From: Zygnema circumcarinatum SAG 698-1b
Lineage: Eukaryota > Plantae > Zygnematophyceae
Assembly: GCA_037447605.1 (NCBI GenBank)
Contig: CM074820.1
Location: 1,302,001-1,365,992, forward strand
Direction of reading: 5' to 3'
Length of the DNA: 63,992 bases
Under the pieces are notes generated by a model. The model worked only from the letters and a program-made list of their open reading frames with translations. It was not told the DNA's origin and ran no database searches. Both the position numbers and the translations under genes were made by a program. Below, piece by piece: positions 38,474 through 50,700 of this stretch. The number at the start of each line of letters is the position of its first letter. The first letter of the stretch is position 1.

Positions 38474-40145
38474 ATGACGCGCTTCGCCGTATTCACGTTG
38501 CTTGCCGTCTCCTCCTTCCTCTCCGTCGCCATCGGCCCGGCGGAAGCTTTAGATCCGAAGGCGTTTGTCAAGTCCACTATTGACTCTCATCCAGTGGTCA
38601 TCTTCTCCAAGTCTTACTGCCCGTAAGCATCGCTCTGCTCCTCCCTCTCCCTCTCCCTCTCCCCGCCCCTCTGTCTCTCCCTCTTTTCGTCTCCTTCTCG
38701 CCTTCGGAATCGCCTTATGGGGCTATAGTGACATCACCATGCTCATCTGTTTTGTGATAATGTTCATGGTCATGTAGGATGGTTGTACTATGGGTTTTCC
38801 GGTGGTCATGATAAACGAAGCATCCGCCTGTTTTGACCAGCTTTTTTATTTTTATGCAAATTTTCGCTGCAGGTATTGTAGGAGAGCTAAGCAAGTCTTC
38901 AAAGGTCTAGGGGTGACGCCTTTTGTGGTGGAGCTTGATCAGCGCGGTAAGGCCTTTGTTGCCGCTTTAACGAATGGAATAAATACCTTCTAAGTGTTGG
39001 TTAAAGATTTAGTGTTTCATTTTGCAAGGGAAGGAAACGTTGCACGTCTCAGTCAGAATTCTCTGAAGGTAATTCACGTTTGAGAAATGGAAGAACTAGA
39101 TTCTAGAATCGAGTCGGTTCTGGGACTGATTTTGAATACAGAATCAAAAGTGAGTTTTGCTGCGGTCAACATATCTGTTCTTTGGAATCTGCAATTGTTT
39201 TCATTTTGTGACAAAATGTCAAAGTTCATGCTAGTTTGGGCTTTCCTCCAGACACTGCTTCATTGTATTCTAAGTTCGAATGAGCTGAAATGGGTTACTC
39301 CTAGAGTTTTTTTTCAAATCGTCTAGACGCCTCTTGTTACGACTTCCCCATGATCATCTCATCTGGTGTATCTCGAGGTCTTCAGCCATAGACTTTTCAC
39401 CCTGTTGGCGGTGCTTGTGTTTGGGTTCTAAGGATAAAAAGAAGATATTGTTCAATAACTGCTACTTACGTCTGAGAATTTCAGGAACGGTCGTGTCAAA
39501 TTGTTCAAAGTCGATTCAAGTTGGGTTGTTATCTGGAGCTAATGATTCATCCTATTGTCTTTGCAGAGGATGGCCAGGAAATTCAAGCTGCAGTTGCTGC
39601 TTTCATAGGACGCCGAACGGTGCCGCAGGTGTTTGTCAAGGGTCAGCATATTGGTGGCTCAGATGGTATGTTTTTTCCTCCTTTACCTCGTAATGTTTTA
39701 GAAGGAAACTCGTAATCAGGGGTTTGGTGCGGCCAACATATTCGCAGATTAGGGAGGCAAGCTTCTTCATCTGTTTCACTTCCTGATACTTCCATGCATT
39801 CCGCTGATGAACATACCTAGCTTTACTTCTGTGTGGAGACCTTGAAAACAATGTTGCTTGAATTGGACTGACAAGATGACTTGATCATCTAGGCATATTT
39901 CGGTCCATAGGATCTGAACTTCACATTCTCATCAGAGCACACAGATCAGCAGGGAAATTTGGTGCAGGGGGAAGGAGACGCAGGCAGGGAAATGAGAGTG
40001 TCGGAAGTTTGCGACTACGTGTGAAGAGTCTCCGTTTTGTGGTTCTGATGCCTTTTCCACTGTTGGCTCTGCAGATACTGTGGAATCGTTTGAGAGCGGC
40101 CGCTTGGCTGAGCTCGTCTCTGGCGTGGAGACGCATGAGTTGTAA
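38474..40145 (+). CDS. Class I (CPYC) glutaredoxin, GRXC3/C4-like, with signal peptide and C-terminal THEL; 4 exons
   Basis: [25 protein letters not shown] hydrophobic leader; IFSKSYCP|YC; VELDQR; RTVPQVF; HIGGSD|D; ends SGVETHEL*. Confidence 0.92.
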
Positions 40146-41002
40146 TGTTTTCAAGGATGAACTTTTACTTTTTTGAAGTAATGTCCGTAACCTGTTTGCG
40201 TGGACTGCTGGATAAAGTAACCTTTACAAGTAGAGGGTGTTGGGACACTTTTCTATGGGAAGCAAAGTATTTATACGTTGAACAATGTTTGACTCTATAA
40301 AATGGCTTCATTCGTGTTGTTTTAGCTTTCTTTCAACAAGAACAACACCTGGTGCACCTAAACTCATGTGTTAGCGCTAGGACTTTTTGCTGAACCCTTC
40401 CCGAGGTTGATCGCTGTGAGACTACTTGCTCTTGCCTTAGTGGCTGATGCTGCCTCAACTGCAGCAAACACAGATTGCTGCTCTAATATGGAATGTGCAG
40501 TAATGAGGGAATTAACATCAGGTTGCATTTCTGTTTGCAATTGCGATACTGGACATCATCACTGGCTCAATATCTGCTCCACCTTTAAAAGGCAAAGCAG
40601 AGCATTTCAAAGCTACACCCCTGTTTGCTTAATTGTTACAATGGATTGCATTGCGTTTTGTGTATAACCAAATGCGTTTCCACATAGCAAGTACTGTCCA
40701 AGATCGTGCCCGACAGCCCACTAGAGCCCGACAGCTGGTTTGTGAACTAGGAATAAACGTGCAACTCGCGATATGATGTCCCCGCTGTTCCAGGCACACC
40801 TCAGGTGATGAACGGGATTGACAGCCCGGCTACTCAACCGTCCCATGAATTGCAGTGACATCAGCATCGTAGCACAATCAGAGGGGTGCCGACTCATTGG
40901 CTGGCCTGGAGCTGGCTTCAGCACTTCAGTTCCTTGGAGCGAGGATCAAGCACTTAACCAAGCACCTCTTCATCTTGAGAGCATAACGAGGTTGCGCAGT
41001 TC

Positions 41003-42758
41003 TCAGCTACCTTTGCACTTGATTTCTGCTTCCATGTTTTCGAGTTCCCTGCAACCAGGAAATTACCTTCACTTTGCAGACCATAAAAGAAGTCATCGAG
41101 GCTGATCAACTGGAAATACCTAAATTCAACCGAGTAAACAACGAGATAACGGCCCTTGTAGCAGAGGTGAAACTCGTACACAGTCGTTAATTCATTGCAG
41201 GCACAAATGCAATGTTTGAAGATTAAAGAAGGACAATGGACATTTTCGCACCGTTTTTTGAAATCTCGTCGTCGCATTGCCTGGATAACCAAATCCTCTA
41301 ACTTCTTGTTTTCATCCTGCAGGGCTCCTACGTCTTCTTTCCTTTGCCTGATCAGTCTTTCAAACTGGCTGATTTCTTCTCGGACCTCAATCTGACGGGC
41401 ATCCACTTTGCGTCTCAGCTGATCACTAACAGCTTTAAGTCGTTCAAGTTCAGTCCTTAAATCAGTTTTTGAACTGTCCAAGGCGTTGTTCTCTTTCTCA
41501 AGCTTGAGTAGCTCTACCATGTCAGACGAAGCCCTCTGGCGGCGCCGAGAAAGATCTGCTAATTCCCATTTCAACTGATTGGACACAGGCGACAAAAAAC
41601 ACGGGTCACATATTGCATATCTATTGCCCGAGAAAACATGCTCACACATCTAGGATTTTAATTGTACAAGCACCACTGTAATGTACCTGACTGTCATTGG
41701 CTTTATGTCGAGGACGTGTTTTCCAGAGAAGAATTACCTGAATCTCAATGGAGAGCTGACTTTCGTTGTGCTTGGTCGAAAAACACATACTGGAATCACC
41801 AAGCGTCGGGTTTGCTTCATGAAAGAAGAGCCAAAGGTTATGTCACTTTTACCTTAGCTACGATTTCCTGCAGGTCATTTACCCGATTTTCCACTTCCAA
41901 CCAAAAGTGTGTTTCCAGTTGAAGGAATCCATCCATGACTGCCTTATGCTGAATAAAATACGCCGCACTCTTCTCCTGAGCTTTTGAAAGCTCAAAAAAC
42001 TCTTTCTGAAGCTCCCTGACACATCCTCCAACAATTGCATGTGTACTGTCAATCTCTTAAAGAACGCCTCACTAGAGCTTGCTGGAAGAACCTTAATATG
42101 ACATCTGCCATCTCTCAAACTCTACGCTGACGGTCAGGACAGCGTGAGAATTGATACGTCGAAAAAAGGTGGCTCACGTGTCGAGGACGCAGTAGTGTAT
42201 AGAGGAACATCACCCCATTTACACTGCCATAATCACTCTTGGAGAAAAAGTTGGCCATTTTTTAGCAAGAACTGCGAAGGTTCGCATAATGGCTGACATG
42301 GGAGCACTGTGCCACTGTTACTACCCGCTAGTGCTGAGTCATTTAGACATTTACGCCCTTACTAAGCAAAGAAATGGTAGGCATAAGGCGATGATGTGTT
42401 GTGCAACTGCACACAGATTCAGAAAAACGAGCACGGCAGGGACCGCAGCAGACAACTGACAGGACACGTCGTCCTCACTCTTTGGTCAGGATTAGCTCGT
42501 CACAATCATTTCGAAGCCTTATGATTTCTTCTTGTGTCAAGAACACTCGTTTCGGGAGTGTCATGGTGAATGAAGACTTTCGTACTGTACACAGTCCACT
42601 GTCAGAAACAAAACAATGATTAAGCCAAAAACTATTTCCAGCACCTTCGCATGCCCCTTCTCTGTCCTCCCAGTAAACAAACCCTATCAAATGCTTTCCC
42701 TCGCAATACCAACAAAACTGAAAAAGCCATTTTTCTCTCCATCGAGAACTGCCACCAT
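41003..42758 (-). CDS. Hypothetical coiled-coil protein (~250 aa, ~6 exons)
   Basis: Phase-compatible exons give MVAVLDGEK...MTLPKRVFLTQEEIIRL...VRELQKEFFEL...LKWELADLSRR...ELERLKAVSDQLRRK...ELENMEAEIKCKGS*; heptad-like L/E/K/R pattern; family not recognised. Confidence 0.6.
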
Positions 42759-42845
42759 GGCGCCTGCTCACTTGCTTGCAGCTTCAAACTTCGGCCAAAA
42801 CATCCGAGGGCGGGGCTCCGTTGAACGTACCGTGCTAACCATTAG

Positions 42846-42899
42846 CCAATCATGGTTCGTCACGTGTACAATATGTCCCACGTGGCACGCTGTGACTGG
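42846..42899. promoter_or_regulatory. Inverted ERSE-like dyad (copy 4, two mismatches)
   Basis: CCAAT-N9-TCACG, 16 nt, CGTGG-N9-ACTGG. Confidence 0.5.
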
Positions 42900-43027
42900 C
42901 TGGGATCAAGCACAGTGTGCTCATTAGTCCCGCCCTGAGCGTCCTGTCTTGACCAAACCAATCACAGCATGCCACATCAACATCAATGCACACGTCGCAA
43001 ACCATGATAGGCTTACCTTTGACAGGC

Positions 43028-43204
43028 GTACAGTACCTTCTACAGAGACCCCAGTACAGTACAGTAGTACAGTACCGTACGGTAATGCTTGGATCACCAG
43101 CTGGCAGTCAGATCATACCGTACGATTAGCCGCGTACATGTACGTTCATGTACCAATATTGTACGGGTACATGTACGAACAACCACAAAGCTGAAATTGT
43201 ACGG
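43028..43204. promoter_or_regulatory. Dense GTAC cluster (15 copies in ~177 bp)
   Basis: Counted by eye; includes CCGTAC variants, the SBP/SPL core site. Confidence 0.5.
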
Positions 43205-43642
43205 TCAGTGGCACTCTTGGGCGGGAGGGGATCGCAACTCGCGATGCTCGCCCCAAGGATCAAAAAACGACAAACCGACTTTTCCAACAGATCGGTCAGT
43301 CAAAAAACATTTTACTTCCACCCTTAGACAGACAGCTTGATCTTCCTCGACTTATTTTCGCTGCCCGACCCCAACATGACCAATCAGCGCGTTCCAGAGC
43401 TCTGTACGAGTAATTACATTCCTGATTCCTAATTTTCCTGGCTCCCGACCCGCCGACCAGAGCAGCCCTGTCCCTGCGGCGGCGGCATCTTTGGCGGGCG
43501 CTAAAAACGCCCCCGGGAGATTCCTGCGAGATACCCCGCCGCCACTCTCGCCCTCTCCCTCCCTCCCTCAGTGTCGCAGCAGGAGGCAGGCGGAGGGGAA
43601 GGAGGAAGAAACCAGGGGTGCGGAGGCAAAGGAGGGGCAGCC

Positions 43643-46286
43643 ATGGCGATAGGCGGGAAGGCTGTGCTTGTGCTGGTCGTTATTTTGAGCTGTGTGTTCT
43701 TGCAGGCTGAAGTGGTGGAGGCGAAGAAGCCGCCGCCACCGCCGTCGCCGTCCCCACCGCCCCCTTCTCCCCCGCCTCCTCCTATACAGTACACGACATA
43801 TCTAGAGGTTTTGGACACCTTGGATCTGTTCACGACGTTTAATACCTCCAGGAAGTGGTTGAAGAAGACCTGTTTAGACGTGGCGTTTAGTTACTTAAAC
43901 TTAACGACACTCTTACTTCCGACCAACAGGGCGTGGAACACCTACACGAACCAAGTTAATGGCAAGAAGCTGAAGGAAGCCCTCGCAACTGGAGATAAGG
44001 ACCTCATTTTGTTCAACCTTCTCCTTCACCACATGCTTCCTATTTACAGGTCGTATCAGGATCTCACGGTACTGATCATCCTTTTCCATTCTTTGAATCC
44101 TTTGCAACTTATGGGGAGTCTGTTAATTAAAGGGGCATTTAAACATATAGCTTTGTGCTCATGTCAGGCCTTCCAGGCGCGCCTACCGCGCAAGCATCAG
44201 CTCTATTCATAAGACCTTAGTCCACCAAAAGTCATTCGTCTTTGCCCACGTTTAGCGACTGCAATGCTAGACACCCTTTTCTTCATTGGGCTCCTTACCG
44301 CAGCACTCATCTGCTTTTAGTATCCTGTTGCATATATTATGTTTGTATGCCACGGCCTTGCCTTTGTGCGTCCTTTGGAAGGAGACCATTATGCATCCTG
44401 GCACCTCTGCTTAGACATCTTTTTCATTTTCATCCTTTATTGACCGGTTTTTTCCGCTATTCTTTCACACCCTCGGTAGAGTCAATGGAGTCTCACTAAA
44501 TTTCTCCAATGTATGTGCTTTCGCTGATGCAGGGAGTCAGCAATTTGACTCCTCTTCCTACACTTTTGGGCCCAGTTCTTTACTCATACACTAAGGCCGG
44601 TGGGAACTATGTGTTCGTAAACTACTCAAACCCGTTGTTGAATGCGTCAGTTAATCTTCCCGACGTTTTGACGACCGGATTTTTGTCAATTCAAGGAGTT
44701 TCATCCTTACTCATCCCGTTGGAGTTCGAGGCTTTACTCACTCCTCGCCCTGGACTCGTACCATGCCCAACCCAGATTCCCCCCCCTCCGATCCCCCCTC
44801 CTTCTCCTCCCCCTCCTTCTCCCCCACCACCACCTGTTCAAGTCTCTGAATATGTAGCCATTAAGCAGGCCTTGCAGTCATTCCAGCTGAACAAAACCGA
44901 GGAATACCTCAACTTGACTTGCCTCGATGTGGGCTTAGCATACACGAATGGTACGGTTCTCCTTGCGCCGGATGACGCCGCGTGGCACAACGTTTCCAAG
45001 CAGACCCGAGGTCCGGAGCTCGTGAAACTGCTGCAAGGAGACGATGCCGATTTGGTGATCTTCAACTTGCTGCTCTACCATATTATGGTCGAGTACAGGA
45101 ACTACCAGGACTTCACGGTTAGTACAACATCTGGCCCCTTCCTTTCTCTGCTGATCCTCTCCACTGTACTTGCGATGTAAGATATGGGGAATTCTCCTCT
45201 GCTGAAAGGACATCGCAGCGGTGCAGCATTTGCTTTGCAGCATCAACCTCCTTTCTGTTCAGATTCTGAATGTATAGGAAGTTTCTGGTTCAGTGAGCTT
45301 GAGCTGGCTGGAGATGATGGTTGAAGCCATACCTGAATCAAAGAATTCGGGAGCGGTTATTTTTGGTTAAGAGTCTTGGTCTCTTTGGAAACTGTGACGC
45401 TGCTTCCATAGCTTCATCCGTAGTCTCTTCACGTGCTCTTGCATGTGCGACAGTTACATGCTTTCCATTTTCTCTAAGGAGAATTTGGGATGGTACATGG
45501 TGGCCATAGGAATCGCAGTTTCTTAACTGATCATATTGCTGCTCTTGACTTTTCATGGCGCTGGCGATGTCCTTGGAGTCCTTTACTTACAAGTCCGCCA
45601 ATCGTGCTGTATTATACTGTGCAGGAGACGACTGTCGGGACTCAACTACAAACCTTCTTAGGGCTCCCACTCACTTTCGCAACCTTCACACAGCAAAACT
45701 TTTTTTACACGGATTATTCGGAGAAACAGGAGAATGCCACGATTACTGGAGTCGATCTATTAGCCGACTATGTAGTTGCCATCGAGGCAATTGATAAGGT
45801 GCTGATCCCGCTTGACATGAAGTCTCTTGTAGTTCCCAGACCGGGCTATGTTCCCTGCCCTGCTTATGCCTCATTCTCCCCACCACCCCCACCGCCATCA
45901 CCGCCGCCTCCCTCACCACCAAACGGAACCGCCGTCGCACGGAGCAGGTCAACAATGGAGTTTGTTCAGCACGAGTCAGGTCTGTATTCATGTCCATGGT
46001 GCCAACTTTCTGTAGATATATCTCTTTCACCTGTTCAGTTTCTTAGCCATATTTTCTATCGTGCTGTGCATTACTGGGCGACCATCAGGCATGTCAGTCT
46101 CATTTCACTCTGTGTGCTGAATGTCACTTCATCCAGGGCTGCTGGTTTCTAAAGCTGATCTTGCTTCTGCTGTGGTTTTTTGCAGCCCCTGCGATTGGCC
46201 GACTGTCGTGGAACGCTGTCATTGGAGTGGGCTCGCTAGCAGTGGTTGCTGTAGCAGTGGCTCTCGCACTCATGCAGAGACAGTAG
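43643..46286 (+). CDS. Fasciclin-like surface glycoprotein: signal peptide, 2 x (SPPPP/extensin-like linker + FAS1), third Pro block, hydrophobic C-terminus; exons 43643-44068, 44533-45117, 45625-45979, 46186-46286
   Basis: H1 motifs TLLLPTNRAW and TVLLAPDDAAW; LLLHH/LLLYH; H2 motifs SIQGVSSLLIP and AIEAIDKVLIP; C-terminal NAVIGVGSLAVVAVAVALALM. Confidence 0.85.
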
Positions 46287-47263
46287 TGCACTCCTGCTCC
46301 GAGTTTGAGTCAACGTGATGTTGGCTGTTAGAGGAGGCCCTTTGCCAATTACTGCTATTTATTGCAAGCGTGGGTGAACATCGCAGATAGGTGGTCAGTC
46401 TATTTTTAAAGTACTAAAAGGACAATAAGTTCACCTTCCTGCCAAGCTTTTCGGCGTCCCTTGTAGGGGACCCTCATAGCCATGCTTTTGTTAAGACCAT
46501 GGAAAGGTGTGGCTGGATCCAGTTTTGATACGAGTTTTAAGGGTGTGAAGTAGGATTCACATCTCAAAACACCCCTTTGCAAATTTGAAGTGTATTTATT
46601 TCATGGAATGGTACGACCTCAGGATCTAGTATGCCAGTAATGTGATGATATTTGAACGCGTTGCTGAACTGATTGTGCATAACCAGAAGCTCTTAGCATT
46701 GATTGTCAATGCTGGGGAGGCTTCACTTCTCTGGAGTCTGCCCTGGACGTCTGGCTGTCGTTGAAATTTGCCTAAAAGTGAAGAGTCCGTTGGCCATAGC
46801 TTCACTTGAAGCACTGTGAGCAGATGCCTGGAGTGGGGTTTGCTTGGAGAAAAAGGTCGGAATTTTCTCGATATCAATGCAATGTTGAATGGCAGTTTCT
46901 CCTGTTGCGGCAGAGTTCAGTGTCGACATGCTCACAGTATTACCTGCTGCTGATGGTAACTCACAATCACTGCATCCCGGCAGTCGATGACTGCCATCTG
47001 AAGGCTGGATAAAAGAAACTGGAGGTATCCATTGTAAGTTGTTAAGCGGGCGTAAATCTCGCTCCCGTGAGGCCTCTTCTCGCTGCTGCTGCTGCCTCGA
47101 TTCCTACGGAATTCGGCATTCGGTTTGCCGGTTGCAAACCGGCCTCGCGGCTTGCAGTGCGTCCGAAAATGAATGCAGCACGCCTGTGACGTCATCGTCA
47201 CACAATGACATCACTACAACCCGGCCGCTATGCTGCCCTGCCCTTAAAAATACCGGGCATCTC

Positions 47264-47316
47264 CCAATGGTGGACTGCCACGTGTAAACTTTGTCCGCGT
47301 GGCGAACCGCTATTGG
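47264..47316. promoter_or_regulatory. Inverted ERSE-I dyad (copy 5) upstream of the ABCD gene
   Basis: CCAAT ggtggactg CCACG, 15 nt, CGTGG cgaaccgct ATTGG; both halves perfect. Confidence 0.6.
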
Positions 47317-47737
47317 ATGCTGAAGGCTAAAAAAAGAAAGGAAAACTTGTATATGAAGGCATCTGCATGCCAACTGGCCAGGAGATGTGGGAGGGAGGTG
47401 GCTGGGACTGGGACTGGGCCTGGGACTGGGAGGGAAGCCATGGGCCATGGCGCATGGCAGGAATAAGGAGGAGGGCTGTGACTGCCAGAACTCGCATGGA
47501 GGGAGGCTGCAGTTGGTTTAGGGAGGAGTCCGGCCGTTCAGGGGGAAGCAGGGCAGGGCAGGGTTTGGTGGAGCTCTTTAGGGAGGAGGTCGTTGGAAGT
47601 TTTGGAGGGTTGTCCTGCAGGATTTGATTCTCTAAAGCTTGGCTTTTAGGGTTTTCTGGTTGGATTAGAAGAACTAAAATTTAGAAGAAGCAAAAAGTAC
47701 CACTTTGAGGAGTTTTCTGCACGGAAGGGGCAGCAGG

Positions 47738-50700
47738 ATGGAGCTCAAGCGGCAGAGGGTGGTGGCTCTGGTGGCGATTTGTGGAGGCGCCTTGTGTTTT
47801 GGACAGATGAGGTTAAGGCTGAGACGGATACAGAAAGAGCAGATGTTTCTTTGCGAAGTGGTTACACGGGATGGAAGTTCTGTAGGGACAGGTGATTCAG
47901 AAGAAAAGAAAAAGTCAAAGGTTTGTATTCTTGATTCTCTGTTGGAAAGCCGATGTTTGTTTTAGGGTTCTTTCAATGGGAACTGAATGGTCAAATTTCT
48001 ACGTCGGAAACTAAGTCGCAATCCATACTGAGTTAGTACCCCTTTCCATTACAAATTAGGCACCCTGCTCGTTGGGAAGACGTTTTTCTCTTTTAAGTGT
48101 ACTTTGAAATTTCTAGCAACGGAAAGTATTCGAGTGTGAGCATTCAGATGCCAGCTCAGATACGGGGTGCCTGCAACTTTTTTAAACTAAATAGAATGGC
48201 GCTTGTTGTAGTCGATAATATGCTGACTTGGATTGTTTTTAGCTCTTCCCTCCGTAGTCTTGAAATCTGCGAGAACTCGGGAGGCCTTGAACGACATGTT
48301 ATGGATTGTTGGAAGCAGGTTGGAGTGGACCGATTGTTTGCAAAACGACTAGCGGAAATTATACGAATTTGTGTCCCATCACTGTTTTCTAGAGAGACAC
48401 TGTACATAACTATTCAATCCGGACTTCTTATATCCAGAACACTTCTTACAGGTAACAGAAACTGACCTTTTAAAAAAATATATATCTTCGCTTACTTGAA
48501 GTTTAATCTACCAAGGACGCGCTTTTTGTGAAAGTCATAAACGGGTTTAACGACGCATATTTAGAAAGTACTGTTTCTTTTAAAGGCTCGGTGATTGTGA
48601 TTTTTAAGTCAACTAACCAATTTAGGCAATCCCATGGGCATCTTCTTAGTTGTGTTATTTTCGTGAGACTCCGAAGGTTGTAAGGCAGACTGTTTGTCGA
48701 CAAGCGAGGCTGTATGTCTCAAACGGTGTTGAATCGTTTTCGGAGGTGGTAATTGCAAACCGCGAGTCTGACAATATGGCATTTGATTGATGGCAGTGTA
48801 GGGCTAGTAAAACCTCCTGTGCACAATCACTTTTTGAGTCTTGGATATGGAAAGGTATGAAGAAAATGAACTAGACTCAAGATTTGAGGACTCCTGCCTG
48901 TGCTTGCAGACCGAATTGCTGCTTTGGAGGGTGTGGCTGGCCAATCAGTCGTTTCAAAGGTCAGTTTATTCCATAAACGCTGTTGCACTAAGATAGCAAT
49001 CTTGTGTGAGCATGTGTAGAAAATAAACAACCGTATTTTCACATTTTTAAATGCCCTTTCTGTTGCATCCATGAGATGTCTGTATGCTCTGTCACCACCA
49101 CGTGGCTCTCTTCGATTGGAAACTGCTATGTAGAGCCTTTCCATGTAATCCCTTTTGGCAATCTGTTTCAAGGGGGGCTCTGTCTCCCCCTCTTGACCTC
49201 TCCTGCACTCCCTACAGACTTTCTAGTAGGCCAATGTACAATCTAAGGAGTTTATCCTTAAGTAGGTTTCTTGGTCAGACAGTGATTTGTCTAGCATTGT
49301 CAAAAGTGGGTCAATCTGACGAGGGATCTTGAACATGGTGGAGGGATCAGGACTGGCCGGTATTTGCAGACATGCTATGGAGTTTTGCTGCAACAGCTGT
49401 TCCAGCCGCTTTTGTCAACAGCGGCCTCAAGTACATGCAAGTGAGTAAGCATGTCTCAAAGCAGTGAATTCGTCTCTCCTTTAAAGCTATTTACACATAT
49501 ATTCTACTTCTGCTTTTCTAAAAACAAATTCAGAGTGTTGAAAAATGATTTGGATAGAGGAAGTTTGAGTTCAACTTTCTAGACCTAATAGGGGATGTCA
49601 GACTTAAAAGTTGTTCGTAAGTTTGAGGCCAGAACGAGTACCCCGGTGACATAGCGATCCTAGTGCGGCGGAGTACTTACTTCAGTAGTTCGTAACATTT
49701 CGTTAAGTCTGACAACCCCTAATGTGGATACCGACGTTAAGGATTCAAGCATTGAGAATGGGATGTTAGTTATACTTCTTTAGATTCAAGCCTTATGCAC
49801 GTCATTTCCAGCAGTGAAGGTTCTCTGCCACATGATTATTACTATTGAGCGCTTTACCAAACAACTGTTGAATTCCTTTTGGAAGAATTTGAGAATTTAT
49901 CTGAGAACTTGTGTCATGCAGGTGCTCATTAGTTTGGCCTTTCGGCAGCGCCTCACAGAATATCTCCATCAACGTTATTTGACTAACCGTGTCTATTATG
50001 TGGCATCTACTCTTGGAGGTCTCTCTAATGCGGATCAAGTGAGGATTCCTCGCTGACACTTTCCTGTAGTCTGCAACCTCACCCTTTACTACCTGCAAAA
50101 ACTGTTGTTCTTCCACGCACGTGAGGTTTCTATTCTTAGTGTGTAATTGAACCATAATGATGGCTCAGCGCGGATACTTTTCCAATGCTGAAGTGATCCC
50201 CCGTTTGTGAGTGCTTGACATGTTCAGAGGATAGCGGAGGATGTGGAACGGTTTGCATCAGCAATTAGCGAGCTGTTCTCGTACACTTTTAAGCCAGTTT
50301 TGGACATTGTCCTCTTCACGCGGTCTCTTTCTAAGAGCATCGGGTTTGTTCAGCCCTTCATTCTATCAGCAACTCCTGTCGTCAAGAGAAATCCACTGTG
50401 CTGAAATGCGTGTATCTGAACGTCATTGGAAAACCAAACAATGGCCGTAGAATCTATTTTTCACAAAGTATGGCCTATGTGTGTATGTCATCCAGAGTTG
50501 AAATAGGCGGCGAAGAAGCCATAGAGAACCTTCAGGAGAAGTGAAAGACCGTCTCCATTTACAGCATTCTGTTTGAAGAAATTGGTACCTTTCACCCGAG
50601 GTGTTCCGCAAAACATAGGAGCATTTCTGAGGCTATTTTTGGTCATAATTGTGCCATGATGTGTACGGTGGTGGGGCCTACAGTTACAAAGGTCAGTTTA

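Noticed and set aside
46720-47000. Small spliced ORF or peptide-hormone-like gene on the minus strand
   Set aside because: No signal peptide and no match to CLE/CEP/RALF consensus; splice support is weak.
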